Positions 18,149-26,849 of a stretch of 64,000 nt of DNA are shown here, one piece after another. The translations under genes were made by a program, and so were the position numbers. A model generated the notes under the pieces. The model was not told the DNA's origin and made no database searches. It was given only the letters and a program-made list of their open reading frames with translations. Origin of the DNA: a virus (taxonomy: Duplodnaviria > Caudoviricetes); the IMG/VR virus record IMGVR_UViG_3300025597_000009, positions 36,587 to 100,586 of that record; one strand, given 5' to 3'. How positions within the stretch are numbered: the stretch's first letter is position 1; every line of letters starts with the position of its first letter.

Positions 18149-19320
18149 TGTGACTCATTATAGGCTATGATTTCTGAATTCAATAGCCCATTACCAGCAC
18201 TAACAAAGGTGCTGTCAAATCCACGTTCCTTTAGGTTTTTATAGGTAAGAGCAAATTCATTCCCTCTAAACCATCCCTCATACTTAAAAGGATTTCCCAC
18301 ATGTACTTCATACACCAGGATTACCTTGTCTGAGTCATATCCAGTATAACCCAATGATTTAGCCATTGTCTCACTGAAATAATTCCCATCACCATACGCT
18401 TTACCACTGAACTGAAAATTCCCTGTTGGTCTGATCTTTAAACCCTGTTCCAGAATTGGAAGTACTGAAGTACATCTTGTACCATGAATGAGTGTTCTGG
18501 TCTGTCTGTTCTCTTGGGAACTCATCCACTGGTTAAATGCTTCATCTTCCCTGGTTTTCTTCACAGAAAATACAGCATGTACTTTTCCAGATCGTCCATG
18601 ATAGCCTGAACTGAAATTTTGATCCAGCAAATACTGAATATCAGCATAATCCTCTGTTTCTTCCATTTCAATTCCCAACATATCCAGTAAGGATTGTTGT
18701 AACGTGACCTCTGCTTGGGTTGCTGGCTTTTTGCTAAGCAGTGCAACCTGTGAGGCAATTGCATCCAGATTATCTTGTTCCTGTTCAAAGACTTTGTCTA
18801 GGTTAATATTGGGTAGTAAGTAATCTCCTACTCTGCCCATGTATCTAGGGATCACTGTGTAGATTTCAATCAGCTTTTTGTTAATTGTCAGGGTATCCAG
18901 CCGATTTAAAACACTCAACTCATTGATTAGCTTTTGAGCAGCTTCTAACTGATGTTGAGTTACCTGAGTAGCTTTAACTGAGTAGGTTTTTCTAACCAAA
19001 TTATCCCGATAACTCTGCATGAGCTTTAAAAACTCAGCTACCTTTCTACTAACAGTGTCACCAATAATTGGCTGAGTATCTGTAACAGGATCATCTACTA
19101 CAGTTGTAGCTACTAATTCAGTTACATCTTTGTAACCTTTAGCAATCTTTTCCCTTTTCAGGCTATTCCACTTGCTATAAGGATAAGACTTACTAGTGGA
19201 TGTGCTTTCTACCCTGCCATAATTGACAGTAAAATTAGCTCCACCAGTATAGACCATCTCGTAGAATTTATTATTGTTACCACTGGTTACCATTAGTAAC
19301 TTACAATAATCTTGTTGCAT
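18112..19320 (-). CDS. WGR-domain PARP-like ADP-ribosyltransferase
   Basis: NNNKFYEM...YGRV (WGR); catalytic LIHGT, YGDGNYFS, KSLGY, NSEIIAY (H-Y-E triad). Confidence 0.88.
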   Translation of the reverse strand: MQQDYCKLLMVTSGNNNKFYEMVYTGGANFTVNYGRVESTSTSKSYPYSKWNSLKREKIAKGYKDVTELVATTVVDDPVTDTQPIIGDTVSRKVAEFLKLMQSYRDNLVRKTYSVKATQVTQHQLEAAQKLINELSVLNRLDTLTINKKLIEIYTVIPRYMGRVGDYLLPNINLDKVFEQEQDNLDAIASQVALLSKKPATQAEVTLQQSLLDMLGIEMEETEDYADIQYLLDQNFSSGYHGRSGKVHAVFSVKKTREDEAFNQWMSSQENRQTRTLIHGTRCTSVLPILEQGLKIRPTGNFQFSGKAYGDGNYFSETMAKSLGYTGYDSDKVILVYEVHVGNPFKYEGWFRGNEFALTYKNLKERGFDSTFVSAGNGLLNSEIIAYNESQCHIKKVIWLKS

Positions 19321-19415
19321 ATAGTAATTGAAGTTTCTTTTAGAAATTAGAAGAAAAAGTACCCAGCCAGCTTAGCCAGCTGGATAACCCGACTCATAAC
19401 CTAAATACTCTTGTC

Positions 19416-21644
19416 TTAATCAGCCAGGAGTTGAGTCACTCCAGCTACATCTTTAGCCCAGTCCAGATCATAGACTTCATTGGCCTCAGCTGGCTCACTG
19501 ATAATAGTAAGCCCTTGAGCTAAGGCTTTTATTACTAGTAACTTCTGAATACTGAATTTGGCAGATAGCTTATTGAGCATAGCCTTTACATTGTCCATAC
19601 CACTTTTACCTGCATTACCTGTTTGGGGCATTTCTAGCCAGACAATTTGTTCAGCCTGAAGATCCAGGTAACCAAAAATCAACCCTTGACCTAATTCTGA
19701 TTTAACAGAAATCATCTGCTCTACACAGGAAGGATCAAAAGCAACTCCAGATGCAGTTACTTTCATAGGATTTGTAGAAGCCATCCAACCTACTCTCAGA
19801 TTCATTTCCAGAGCACTCTTATTATAAGCTCTGCAATGGAAGATCACACCAGAGGCCCCATTAGCTTGTAGCTTTTCTACATCCAGGTTAATAAATTCAG
19901 CTGTACCAATCTTATTAGGAATGTGTTGAATATCCCCTGAATGAGTGGCCCCTGTAATGTTAAGGTGACCGAAGTAGCAGATGTCTGTATGATTTGGATA
20001 GACCACATCAGCATACAAATCCATATCTAGGTGTTGAGCTGGTAATCCTTCTCCCCAATTCATAAACAGTCTGACTTGTTTAGATTGTAGTGGGAATCGT
20101 TGTCCTTGCAAGAAATGAGCTAAGTCCTGTACAGTTTCTGATCTGTCTCCAATGCTAAATGGAATGTACTCAAGATCAGGATGAATGTACATGGTTTTGT
20201 TTTCATTAGGAGTAGCAGCAAATCTCTGGAAGATAGCTTCATCTACTAAGGACTCAACTAGTTCCATGTATTGCTTTCTTTCTGTAGCTGACATAACTGC
20301 TACCAATGGATGTGGGTCAATAGTTTTAGTTAATCCAGCTCCTAATGGTTTTACCACTCTAGTTTGACCAGAAAAGTAAACTTTAGCAGCCTGAGTTAAT
20401 GTAACAATGAGCCTCATAGGTAGCTTAGTAAGCACTTCTTTAAACGCATCCATAACTAGGGCAGCATCATACTTCAGCAACAAACTAAATAGCATTCTAG
20501 AAAATACTCCTGGACGTTGTTTTAGTAAGTGCAATCCTAGAGTAAGACTGTGCTCTTTCATGGCCTTGTTGACCAAATGAGCCCAACCTAAACCAGTACC
20601 TTGATTTTGGAAGATATACAGCAGATCCTTTAGTCGCTCAAAACCAGCTTGCTTGGCAAACTCATTCAATCTAGCTGCTCTGATGAACCTAACCCACATT
20701 TCTCTGTGAGGATTCATAGAGTCTAATACTGGCCTGATGCCATCAAATTCATTCATCCACTCAGCAATCTTCCTGGCTTCTGGTCTAGAATACTTTAGTT
20801 TCAGTTGCTCCTTTTTATTGGCAACCTCACTAGTATTCACAGAACTCCGGTATCTACTGTAGCCTCTTCTACTATCTCTTGCTGTTTTGTTGAGAATAGT
20901 CTTAGGCTTAACAATCTGAAGATTACCCGTATGTTTATACCACAGATATCTTAACACATCAGAAGGCAGCTTAAAAAGCTTACTAGCTTCTTTACGTTTA
21001 CCCAAGGCTACCAATTGATCCACCAGGAACATTTTGGTTTCAATCATGCCTACTTCTACCTCTGGTACTGGGTAGATTTCTAGCAAGGTTAACACAGCTT
21101 CTTTCTGTGTACCATCTAAAGGAGTCTTAGACTTCAACAGATTATCAAAGTAGTTCAGTAACTCCCGGTCTCCCCATAGCTTGAGTATTTTCAGCTTAGA
21201 ACCCTGGCCTACTGGAATCTCCATATCAGCCTCAAAAGGAGTACCACAAAAAGGGCAACCATTGTACTTTTCCAGCTCAAACACATTGGCCGGGATAGTG
21301 TGTCCACAAACTAAAGTAGTTCCTGATCCACCAACTAACTGGTTAAACCAGGTAAGCACATGAGCAAACTCACTGTCTTTAGGTGGCACATCCCACTGTT
21401 TGATCAGAGGAGTCCAATTTAATTTGCTGCCTGTAACAGTCCTTACAAAATCCACATACAAATCCTGAAATTCTTCTGTGGTTGTTTTCCAGATAGACAG
21501 GGCTTTTGAGTCCAATGTATAGCCTAGTTCCTTCAATTTAGCTAGGTTTACAAAGGTGGAGACCCAGTTCTGAACACTGGTAATCTCTTGGGCAGGCACA
21601 TAGATAGCACCTTGCCGAATGGCAATTTTGTTGTGTTTTTCCAT
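19416..21644 (-). CDS. Prok-RING_4 + ROT/TROVE-like + TerD-like domain protein
   Basis: CGH.IP...F...YNGCPFCG RING; helical middle with RPG.F.R; C-terminal W...DMDL...HSGDI...AEFI.LD TerD-like domain. Confidence 0.85.
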   Translation of the reverse strand: MEKHNKIAIRQGAIYVPAQEITSVQNWVSTFVNLAKLKELGYTLDSKALSIWKTTTEEFQDLYVDFVRTVTGSKLNWTPLIKQWDVPPKDSEFAHVLTWFNQLVGGSGTTLVCGHTIPANVFELEKYNGCPFCGTPFEADMEIPVGQGSKLKILKLWGDRELLNYFDNLLKSKTPLDGTQKEAVLTLLEIYPVPEVEVGMIETKMFLVDQLVALGKRKEASKLFKLPSDVLRYLWYKHTGNLQIVKPKTILNKTARDSRRGYSRYRSSVNTSEVANKKEQLKLKYSRPEARKIAEWMNEFDGIRPVLDSMNPHREMWVRFIRAARLNEFAKQAGFERLKDLLYIFQNQGTGLGWAHLVNKAMKEHSLTLGLHLLKQRPGVFSRMLFSLLLKYDAALVMDAFKEVLTKLPMRLIVTLTQAAKVYFSGQTRVVKPLGAGLTKTIDPHPLVAVMSATERKQYMELVESLVDEAIFQRFAATPNENKTMYIHPDLEYIPFSIGDRSETVQDLAHFLQGQRFPLQSKQVRLFMNWGEGLPAQHLDMDLYADVVYPNHTDICYFGHLNITGATHSGDIQHIPNKIGTAEFINLDVEKLQANGASGVIFHCRAYNKSALEMNLRVGWMASTNPMKVTASGVAFDPSCVEQMISVKSELGQGLIFGYLDLQAEQIVWLEMPQTGNAGKSGMDNVKAMLNKLSAKFSIQKLLVIKALAQGLTIISEPAEANEVYDLDWAKDVAGVTQLLAD

Positions 21645-21651
21645 AAAAGAG

Positions 21652-21709
21652 AAGGTAATTACAGAGCTATAGGAGCTTTTTTAGTGAGAAGTAAGCTCTG
21701 TTTGACCTT
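21652..21709 (-). ncRNA. Y-RNA-like hairpin in the leader of the RING-TROVE-TerD gene
   Basis: AAGGT-C-AA-ACAGAGCT-TACTTCT...AGCTCTGT-AA-TT-ACCTT, ends 7 nt before ATG. Confidence 0.8.
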
Positions 21710-22337
21710 ATTTATTTTTGATGATTTTAATGGCTTTAATTACCAACTGGATGGTTTCTTTTCTGGCTTCCAAATAACCAGTTCTTATGAATGGTGTAAT
21801 GAGTGTGTGTTTGGGGCTACAATACTGTTCTAACTCAACACTTTCAGGGGCATGTACATGGCCCACTAAAGTACCAACAGTAAAAGAACTACAGATATAG
21901 ACACTCAAGCTAAATTCATGCAAAGCCCACATTACAATCTGATCAAATGTAGGAGCTCTAAACATAACGTTAGAGTCTATACGTGGATTGAATGGAGGTA
22001 AGAGGTCTTCATTACCTAAGTAAATTTCTTTATCCTTCCCAGTATAATAACCCAAAGTAGGCCAGTCAAAACCTAATTTTTTAAACTCCAGTGATTCTTC
22101 ATAAGAAAGAAAGGTCTCTCCCAAAGTTGGAATTGGCTCAAAGGTTTCATTAGCTTCTAAATAAGCCATGATTGTTTCATCACTTGGGCTTTCAGGCAGT
22201 TCTTTATGATAAATCAAGCTATCAATTAGGTTTGCACCATGTTTGACTTTGCTTTCCTTTACTTCTGCAATAATCTGCTCTTGACTTCCATAGTATTTCC
22301 TTACCATGTCCAGCATTTTGAATTGTCTGATCTTCAT
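21708..22337 (-). CDS. Hypothetical protein
   Basis: 209 aa; KKLGFD...APT motif seen in Bacteroidota phage proteins. Confidence 0.65.
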   Translation of the reverse strand: MKIRQFKMLDMVRKYYGSQEQIIAEVKESKVKHGANLIDSLIYHKELPESPSDETIMAYLEANETFEPIPTLGETFLSYEESLEFKKLGFDWPTLGYYTGKDKEIYLGNEDLLPPFNPRIDSNVMFRAPTFDQIVMWALHEFSLSVYICSSFTVGTLVGHVHAPESVELEQYCSPKHTLITPFIRTGYLEARKETIQLVIKAIKIIKNK

Positions 22338-22343
22338 ATGGAT

Positions 22344-22706
22344 TTAAGCAAATTCTGTTTGACCTTTGTTTAAGAATTTTGAAACTATTTCTGTGTATAA
22401 ATCAGGCTTTTTTTGTCCAGTAAATCTACCCCATTGTGTTTGACAATGTGGACATTCCCAAACCAATACTCCATCATAAAAACCTTCATATTCAATTCCA
22501 ATTAAATCAGAAAAATAAGTAGGGTTTTCTGGAGTATAGCCATACATTCCAGCTACTTCAATAATTTGCTCATCAGTCTTATCTTTATAGTGAGCATGAT
22601 TAGGATTAGTTGGGTCTTCTTTAACTTCTCTAAAGAATTGTAAAACATCTTTTCTATTAAAGCTGCCTCCACATTCAGGACAATTATCTAGGTTTAAAAT
22701 GTTCAT
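22344..22706 (-). CDS. Zinc-ribbon protein
   Basis: CPECG and YDGV..WECPHC motifs. Confidence 0.7.
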   Translation of the reverse strand: MNILNLDNCPECGGSFNRKDVLQFFREVKEDPTNPNHAHYKDKTDEQIIEVAGMYGYTPENPTYFSDLIGIEYEGFYDGVLVWECPHCQTQWGRFTGQKKPDLYTEIVSKFLNKGQTEFA

Positions 22707-23065
22707 TATGCAGGTACATCAGGTGAGAAAATACGGTTTTCAGGCTTACTCCAATCAATCCACTCCATGTCACAATATGGACGATTAGAACCATTAAGTT
22801 GTACAGGAATGTACATTCCCCAACTGGGTGTAGGTTGTAAGCAAAGTGCATCATTGGCCAGCATGCCTACAATCAAATCATGACAGGTGTCATCTTCATA
22901 CTTCTGTTTACCAGCTTCTGTAAAACAAACCCAGATGCCTTCATTAGGCCCAACAGGTACCAGTAACTGAACTTTACCCAGGTGTCGCTGGTCATAACTA
23001 AAAGGGCTGAATGTTAAACTCCGGCCATCTTTTAGGGTTAGTGTAGCTGTTTCTTGAATGGTCAT
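22706..23065 (-). CDS. Hypothetical protein
   Basis: 119 aa ORF. Confidence 0.6.
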   Translation of the reverse strand: MTIQETATLTLKDGRSLTFSPFSYDQRHLGKVQLLVPVGPNEGIWVCFTEAGKQKYEDDTCHDLIVGMLANDALCLQPTPSWGMYIPVQLNGSNRPYCDMEWIDWSKPENRIFSPDVPA

Positions 23066-23250
23066 TTTAGTTCTTGTTTATGTAAAAACTCAAGAATTTC
23101 CTGGTCAGTTGGATTCGGTTTTAATAGGCCACTTTTAATGCACAAAAACATAAGTGGGCTATTATGGTATTTGTCTTGTTTGAACTGGGCAACTAGATCT
23201 CCTTCTAAATACTCTCTGATTGAGAATAAGATTTTGAATCTTCTAGTCAT
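23062..23250 (-). CDS. Hypothetical protein, similar to the N-terminus of 21708..22337
   Basis: R.FK.L..R.Y...P.D..I..L resemblance. Confidence 0.5.
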   Translation of the reverse strand: MTRRFKILFSIREYLEGDLVAQFKQDKYHNSPLMFLCIKSGLLKPNPTDQEILEFLHKQELK

Positions 23251-23267
23251 ACAATAATCAATTGGTT

Positions 23268-23695
23268 ATTAGCACCCTCTTCTCACTATCCTTTTCTGTC
23301 AAGCAGTAAGTGTAGGGTCACGTAGTTATTATATCTCGTTGTAGTAAGGACTGGGAATCCTCTGAGGTGATCGTTCCTCCATAATTAACTACTTGCTGAG
23401 AACTCATTAATGTGGAGTTGGAGTGATTCAGGAGTGTATAGCATTACCTTGTCACCAACTTTGCAAATTTCCCTTTACAGGTACTTTCCTGACATTCTAT
23501 GCTCTTTCTCAAGGAGCCCACATTTCTAGGATTTCTCTTTCTGATAGCTACGGGTTTAAATTCTCTAATGTCTTAATATGAAGAGACCTAAGCATTATTA
23601 AGTAGACTGCTACTACTCAGAAACTCATTAACTAGAGCTAGTATCTTTATTGAAATTAGATTAGTATAATTTCAACCAGGATCAATGTTTAGCCT
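23268..23695 (-). ncRNA. Large structured ncRNA, copy B (~430 nt)
   Basis: Shares conserved blocks and covarying stems with 23696-23985; no ORF. Confidence 0.7.
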
Positions 23696-23985
23696 ATTAG
23701 CACCCCTTAGTCACTGTTACCTTCCATAGAGGAGGTGGTTTACCAGTCGGGTCAAGCTGAGAACTCATTTGTGTTGTATAACGAATGTCTAAACGATACT
23801 CATGTTATATTTACATCATTCCTTTCTCAAGGGAACAACACATCCATCATTACTGAAGCTAATCCTCCTTCTCTTCTATTGGCGAAGATTTGTTGGGTTG
23901 TCTTTAGCTAGTTTGTCAATTCAAACTTGGTATCTTTTATCAAGGCTAGATTAGTATAGCCTGACCAGGAATCAATGTTTAGCCT
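23696..23985 (-). ncRNA. Large structured ncRNA, copy A (~290 nt)
   Basis: AGGCTAAACATTGAT...TACTAATC...CTTGAGAAA...AATGAGTTCTCAGC...GGGTGCTAAT. Confidence 0.7.
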
Positions 23986-23989
23986 GTTA

Positions 23990-24130
23990 TTTTCCATGCT
24001 ATCTGGACTCGAACCAGAATCAATCAGAGGACTTACACCTCAACTTCAGTCCTGTTTAGGTGCTGCTTGGATTTACCCAAGCCCCGTATCTCTACAGGGG
24101 GATCTGCCATTCTCCCATGGACATGGAAAA
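23990..24130 (-). ncRNA. tRNA-like structured RNA (~140 nt)
   Basis: Terminal stem TTCCATG/CATGGAA, T arm TCTGG TTCGAGT CCAGA, internal hairpins, no canonical anticodon arm. Confidence 0.55.
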
Positions 24131-24134
24131 ACTC

Positions 24135-24827
24135 TTAATTGACTTTAAATGAAATGTAGTAATGATTATTGTTAACAATTTCAACTCCTGGCACATTATA
24201 AATAGACGTTAAGTTATCTACACCAGCTTGAAATACATCATGCAATTCCTTGTAAGGTTCCGCATCATAATCTACCATTGTTGTGTAATATTTACTAAAC
24301 TTTTCATGTCCCCAGGACTCATTCAAGAGAAATCTGCATAATTGATTCTCAGGCTTTATAAAAGCCTGCTCTAAGAAGTAAGTACAAGTTGGGCCAAGAG
24401 TGTAAGGCAATGAATACTCAGGCTTAAACCGAAGATCAAAATTAATAACTGCCTTAGCTGTCACAATAGCTGGTTTTACACAATCCACTAAAGTAACCTG
24501 AGCACAATCAGAAAAATACTGTACATTATTTACTTTACTAGTTGCAGGATAAGCCTGTTCTAATTCTGCTAAAGCAGCCTCAAAAGCCTCAACAGAAGTA
24601 CTATAATAAGTTTCTCCTGTTAAACAGAAAAAGGCTTTTACACTGCTTAAAGGCCCAACAAAGCCTTGTAAAGGCTGTTTGTATAACTGCTTATCTTTGT
24701 TAACAAATGAAGCAGCTAACCGATAGCCACCACCCATAAGCTTTTCAGTTGGTAACCAGATGACTGGTCTAAACTTGTTTTGTTCAGGGCTAAAATTTAC
24801 TGTTATATTTCCAAGTAAACTATCCAT
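24135..24827 (-). CDS. Hypothetical protein
   Basis: 230 aa ORF. Confidence 0.6.
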   Translation of the reverse strand: MDSLLGNITVNFSPEQNKFRPVIWLPTEKLMGGGYRLAASFVNKDKQLYKQPLQGFVGPLSSVKAFFCLTGETYYSTSVEAFEAALAELEQAYPATSKVNNVQYFSDCAQVTLVDCVKPAIVTAKAVINFDLRFKPEYSLPYTLGPTCTYFLEQAFIKPENQLCRFLLNESWGHEKFSKYYTTMVDYDAEPYKELHDVFQAGVDNLTSIYNVPGVEIVNNNHYYISFKVN

Positions 24828-24830
24828 GGC

Positions 24831-25283
24831 TTATGCTTCAAAAATAGATAAATACAGTTTTTCAATCTTCTTGTAAATCCACTCATACACATCCCATAAC
24901 AGCTCACCAAACATCCAGTTGAAGGCTGAAAAGGGCTAGAAAAACCACCATCTAAATACATGATCTTTTAGTATAAAATACTTCTTTTCATCTGGCTTTT
25001 TCTTTAATTCTTGGCCTTTGAAGTATGTCCTAACTAAAGAGAAAATGAAGCCTATACTTAAATAATACAGGATATTTTCCACTGTCAAATAACTGAAAAT
25101 CGGAAAATTACTCCAGTAATAACAGCAAATCACAAAAGCAATCAGAATACCAAATGCAGTAGCTAAACTGTTGTGCTTATCAGCTACTGCCAATAGCAAT
25201 ACTATAGCTACCACTAAGCCAAAAAAGGCAAAAGCACTACCAAACAGGCTAAAAGCCATCCAGGTTTGAAACCAAGTCTCCAT
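24831..25283 (-). pseudogene. Membrane protein gene with an in-frame TAG at 24936-24938
   Basis: ...FRWWFF*PFSAFNWMFG...IFEA* continues 34 codons to TAA next to the following start. Confidence 0.55.
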
Positions 25284-25696
25284 TAATTGAAAAGGTTTAT
25301 TAAAAGTTGCAGAAAATCAATGTGTAAATGATACCTGTTCAGTACAATTAGTAATAGAAGTACTACAGATATATATCCATCAATACTAACAGCAAATCCT
25401 TCTTTTTTAATTTTAAAGATATTCCAAAACAAAATTGACCAGCAGAAAAACACAACAAATAAAAACCATTGACTAGTAAAGAAGCCAATAAACATCCAAC
25501 ACCAATATAAAAATATTAGTCCGGCTATATTTTTATTGGCATTTTGAGCCTTTGTTTTAAGTCGTTCGAGCATAGCTACATGTTTTGCTGGCTCTATTAC
25601 TGCATGAAACTCAAATACTAGAGCTAGACTAGTCCAACCATAAAATAAAAAACTAAGCATGCATGTAAAGGTTAATGACTCCCCAGATAAATTCAC
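25283..25696 (-). CDS. Multi-pass membrane protein
   Basis: Several hydrophobic segments. Confidence 0.65.
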   Translation of the reverse strand: MNLSGESLTFTCMLSFLFYGWTSLALVFEFHAVIEPAKHVAMLERLKTKAQNANKNIAGLIFLYWCWMFIGFFTSQWFLFVVFFCWSILFWNIFKIKKEGFAVSIDGYISVVLLLLIVLNRYHLHIDFLQLLINLFN

Positions 25697-26141
25697 TAAA
25701 GGCTGTATTCAAATGCCAATTAAAAAATATAGCATTAACAGAAATAATACCTTGAAGTAGTATAATACCAAGTGTATTAAATCCTTGCCAATCATTGGTT
25801 AACCACCTGCTATTAAATTGTCTGGCAGTAATAATATTCGAGATGATGAGTACACCTATATTGCTGTGAAACACAACAAGCAACCCTACTAAATTGAAGT
25901 AACGATAGATAGTATCTATACTAGGCAATATCCAAGCTAACCCAAATTCAGTATCATCTAGCAGATTAACAATTCTTTCTGGTAGTAATTTATGTCTTAT
26001 CAAATACGATAAATCATAATAAACCATCACACTGTAAGAAGGGTTAATCAGTAAATAGTAGTACCAAATGACAAATAGTAGGCCTACACTACCATAAATA
26101 ATCTGAAGAGCCCTCCAGAATAGCATAAAGGATTCAAACAT
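25653..26141 (-). CDS. Membrane protein
   Basis: Hydrophobic segments, 162 aa. Confidence 0.55.
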   Translation of the reverse strand: MFESFMLFWRALQIIYGSVGLLFVIWYYYLLINPSYSVMVYYDLSYLIRHKLLPERIVNLLDDTEFGLAWILPSIDTIYRYFNLVGLLVVFHSNIGVLIISNIITARQFNSRWLTNDWQGFNTLGIILLQGIISVNAIFFNWHLNTAFSEFIWGVINLYMHA

Positions 26142-26179
26142 AATAATGCATGGTTTTTAAGTGAACAATAGAAAAAAAA

Positions 26180-26307
26180 TGGCCAGGTAATCGTGATTGT
26201 ATTTCAGTCTTTTGCTCTACCAACTGAGCTATACCAGCGTTAGCTGATACCAGGAATTGAACCTGGGACCCAAAGTTTTTAGAAGTAACATTCACTTGAC
26301 CTGACCA
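26180..26307 (-). ncRNA. Y-RNA (YrlA-like) element enclosing a circularly permuted tRNA
   Basis: Bulged-C terminal helix; inside, T arm CCAGG TTCAATT CCTGG, acceptor TATCAGC-TAAC-GCTGGTA closed by a loop, then D arm GCTCAGTTGGTAGAGC. Confidence 0.88.
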
Positions 26308-26314
26308 ATAAGGA

Positions 26315-26384
26315 AGTCTGGTAATCAATAATGTAATTACCTGTTTCAAAAAGTTTTTAGAAGTAACATTATTTTGACCAGACT
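26315..26384 (-). ncRNA. Y-RNA-like hairpin
   Basis: AGTCTGGT-C-AA-AATAATGT-TACTTCT...ACATTATT-GA-TT-ACCAGACT. Confidence 0.82.
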
Positions 26385-26387
26385 CAG

Positions 26388-26458
26388 TTACCCAGGGAAG
26401 ATTCGAACTCCCACCAAGAGGACCAAAACCTCTTGTGCTACCATTACACCACCGGGTA
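26388..26458 (-). tRNA. tRNA-Gln(TTG)
   Basis: Cloverleaf; AGAGG TTTTGGT CCTCT anticodon arm. Confidence 0.92.
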
Positions 26459-26461
26459 GGG

Positions 26462-26536
26462 TTAATAAAGCAATCATTCAACTATTTTCGTAGTCATCAT
26501 AGAGTTGTAGAAGTAAGTTGAATTTGGCCTTATTAA
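26462..26536 (-). ncRNA. Y-RNA-like hairpin
   Basis: TTAATAAGGC-C-AA-ATTCAACT-TACTTCT...AGTTGAAT-GA-TT-GCTTTATTAA. Confidence 0.82.
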
Positions 26537-26543
26537 TAAGAAA

Positions 26544-26612
26544 ATCAGGTAATCCATACACTAATTTCAGTTTACCAATCTGTTTTTAGAAGTAAGTGTG
26601 TGTTGACCTGAT
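26544..26612 (-). ncRNA. Y-RNA-like hairpin
   Basis: ATCAGGT-C-AA-CACACACT-TACTTCT...AGTGTATG-GA-TT-ACCTGAT. Confidence 0.82.
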
Positions 26613-26616
26613 CTTG

Positions 26617-26689
26617 TGAGACCTACAGGATTTGAACCTGTAACCTTCTCATTAAAAGTGAGAAGCTCTACCAATTGAGCTAAGGCCTC
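26617..26689 (-). tRNA. tRNA-Lys(TTT)
   Basis: Cloverleaf; TCTCA CTTTTAA TGAGA. Confidence 0.92.
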
Positions 26690-26775
26690 AGGAAACTCAT
26701 CTAATTCAAAGAAAAAGATGAGTAAGCATCTTGTATGAGAAAAAAAACTAATCGGGTTTACCAGTTAAATGGTAG

Positions 26776-26849
26776 TAGGAATACCTGGACTTGAACCAGG
26801 GGCCTCAACATTATCAGTGTTGTACTCTAACCAACTGAGCTATATTCCT
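26776..26849 (-). tRNA. tRNA-Ile(GAT)
   Basis: Cloverleaf; CAACA CTGATAA TGTTG. Confidence 0.92.

Noticed and set aside
24374-24397. GAAGTAAGTACAAGTTGGGCC resembling a seventh Y-RNA-like copy
   Set aside because: Inside an ORF, imperfect spacing, and no complementary 3' arm found.
26134-26481. 115-aa minus-strand ORF
   Set aside because: Overlaps tRNA-Gln and Y-RNA-like elements; its repeated VTSKNF is just the translated RNA motif.
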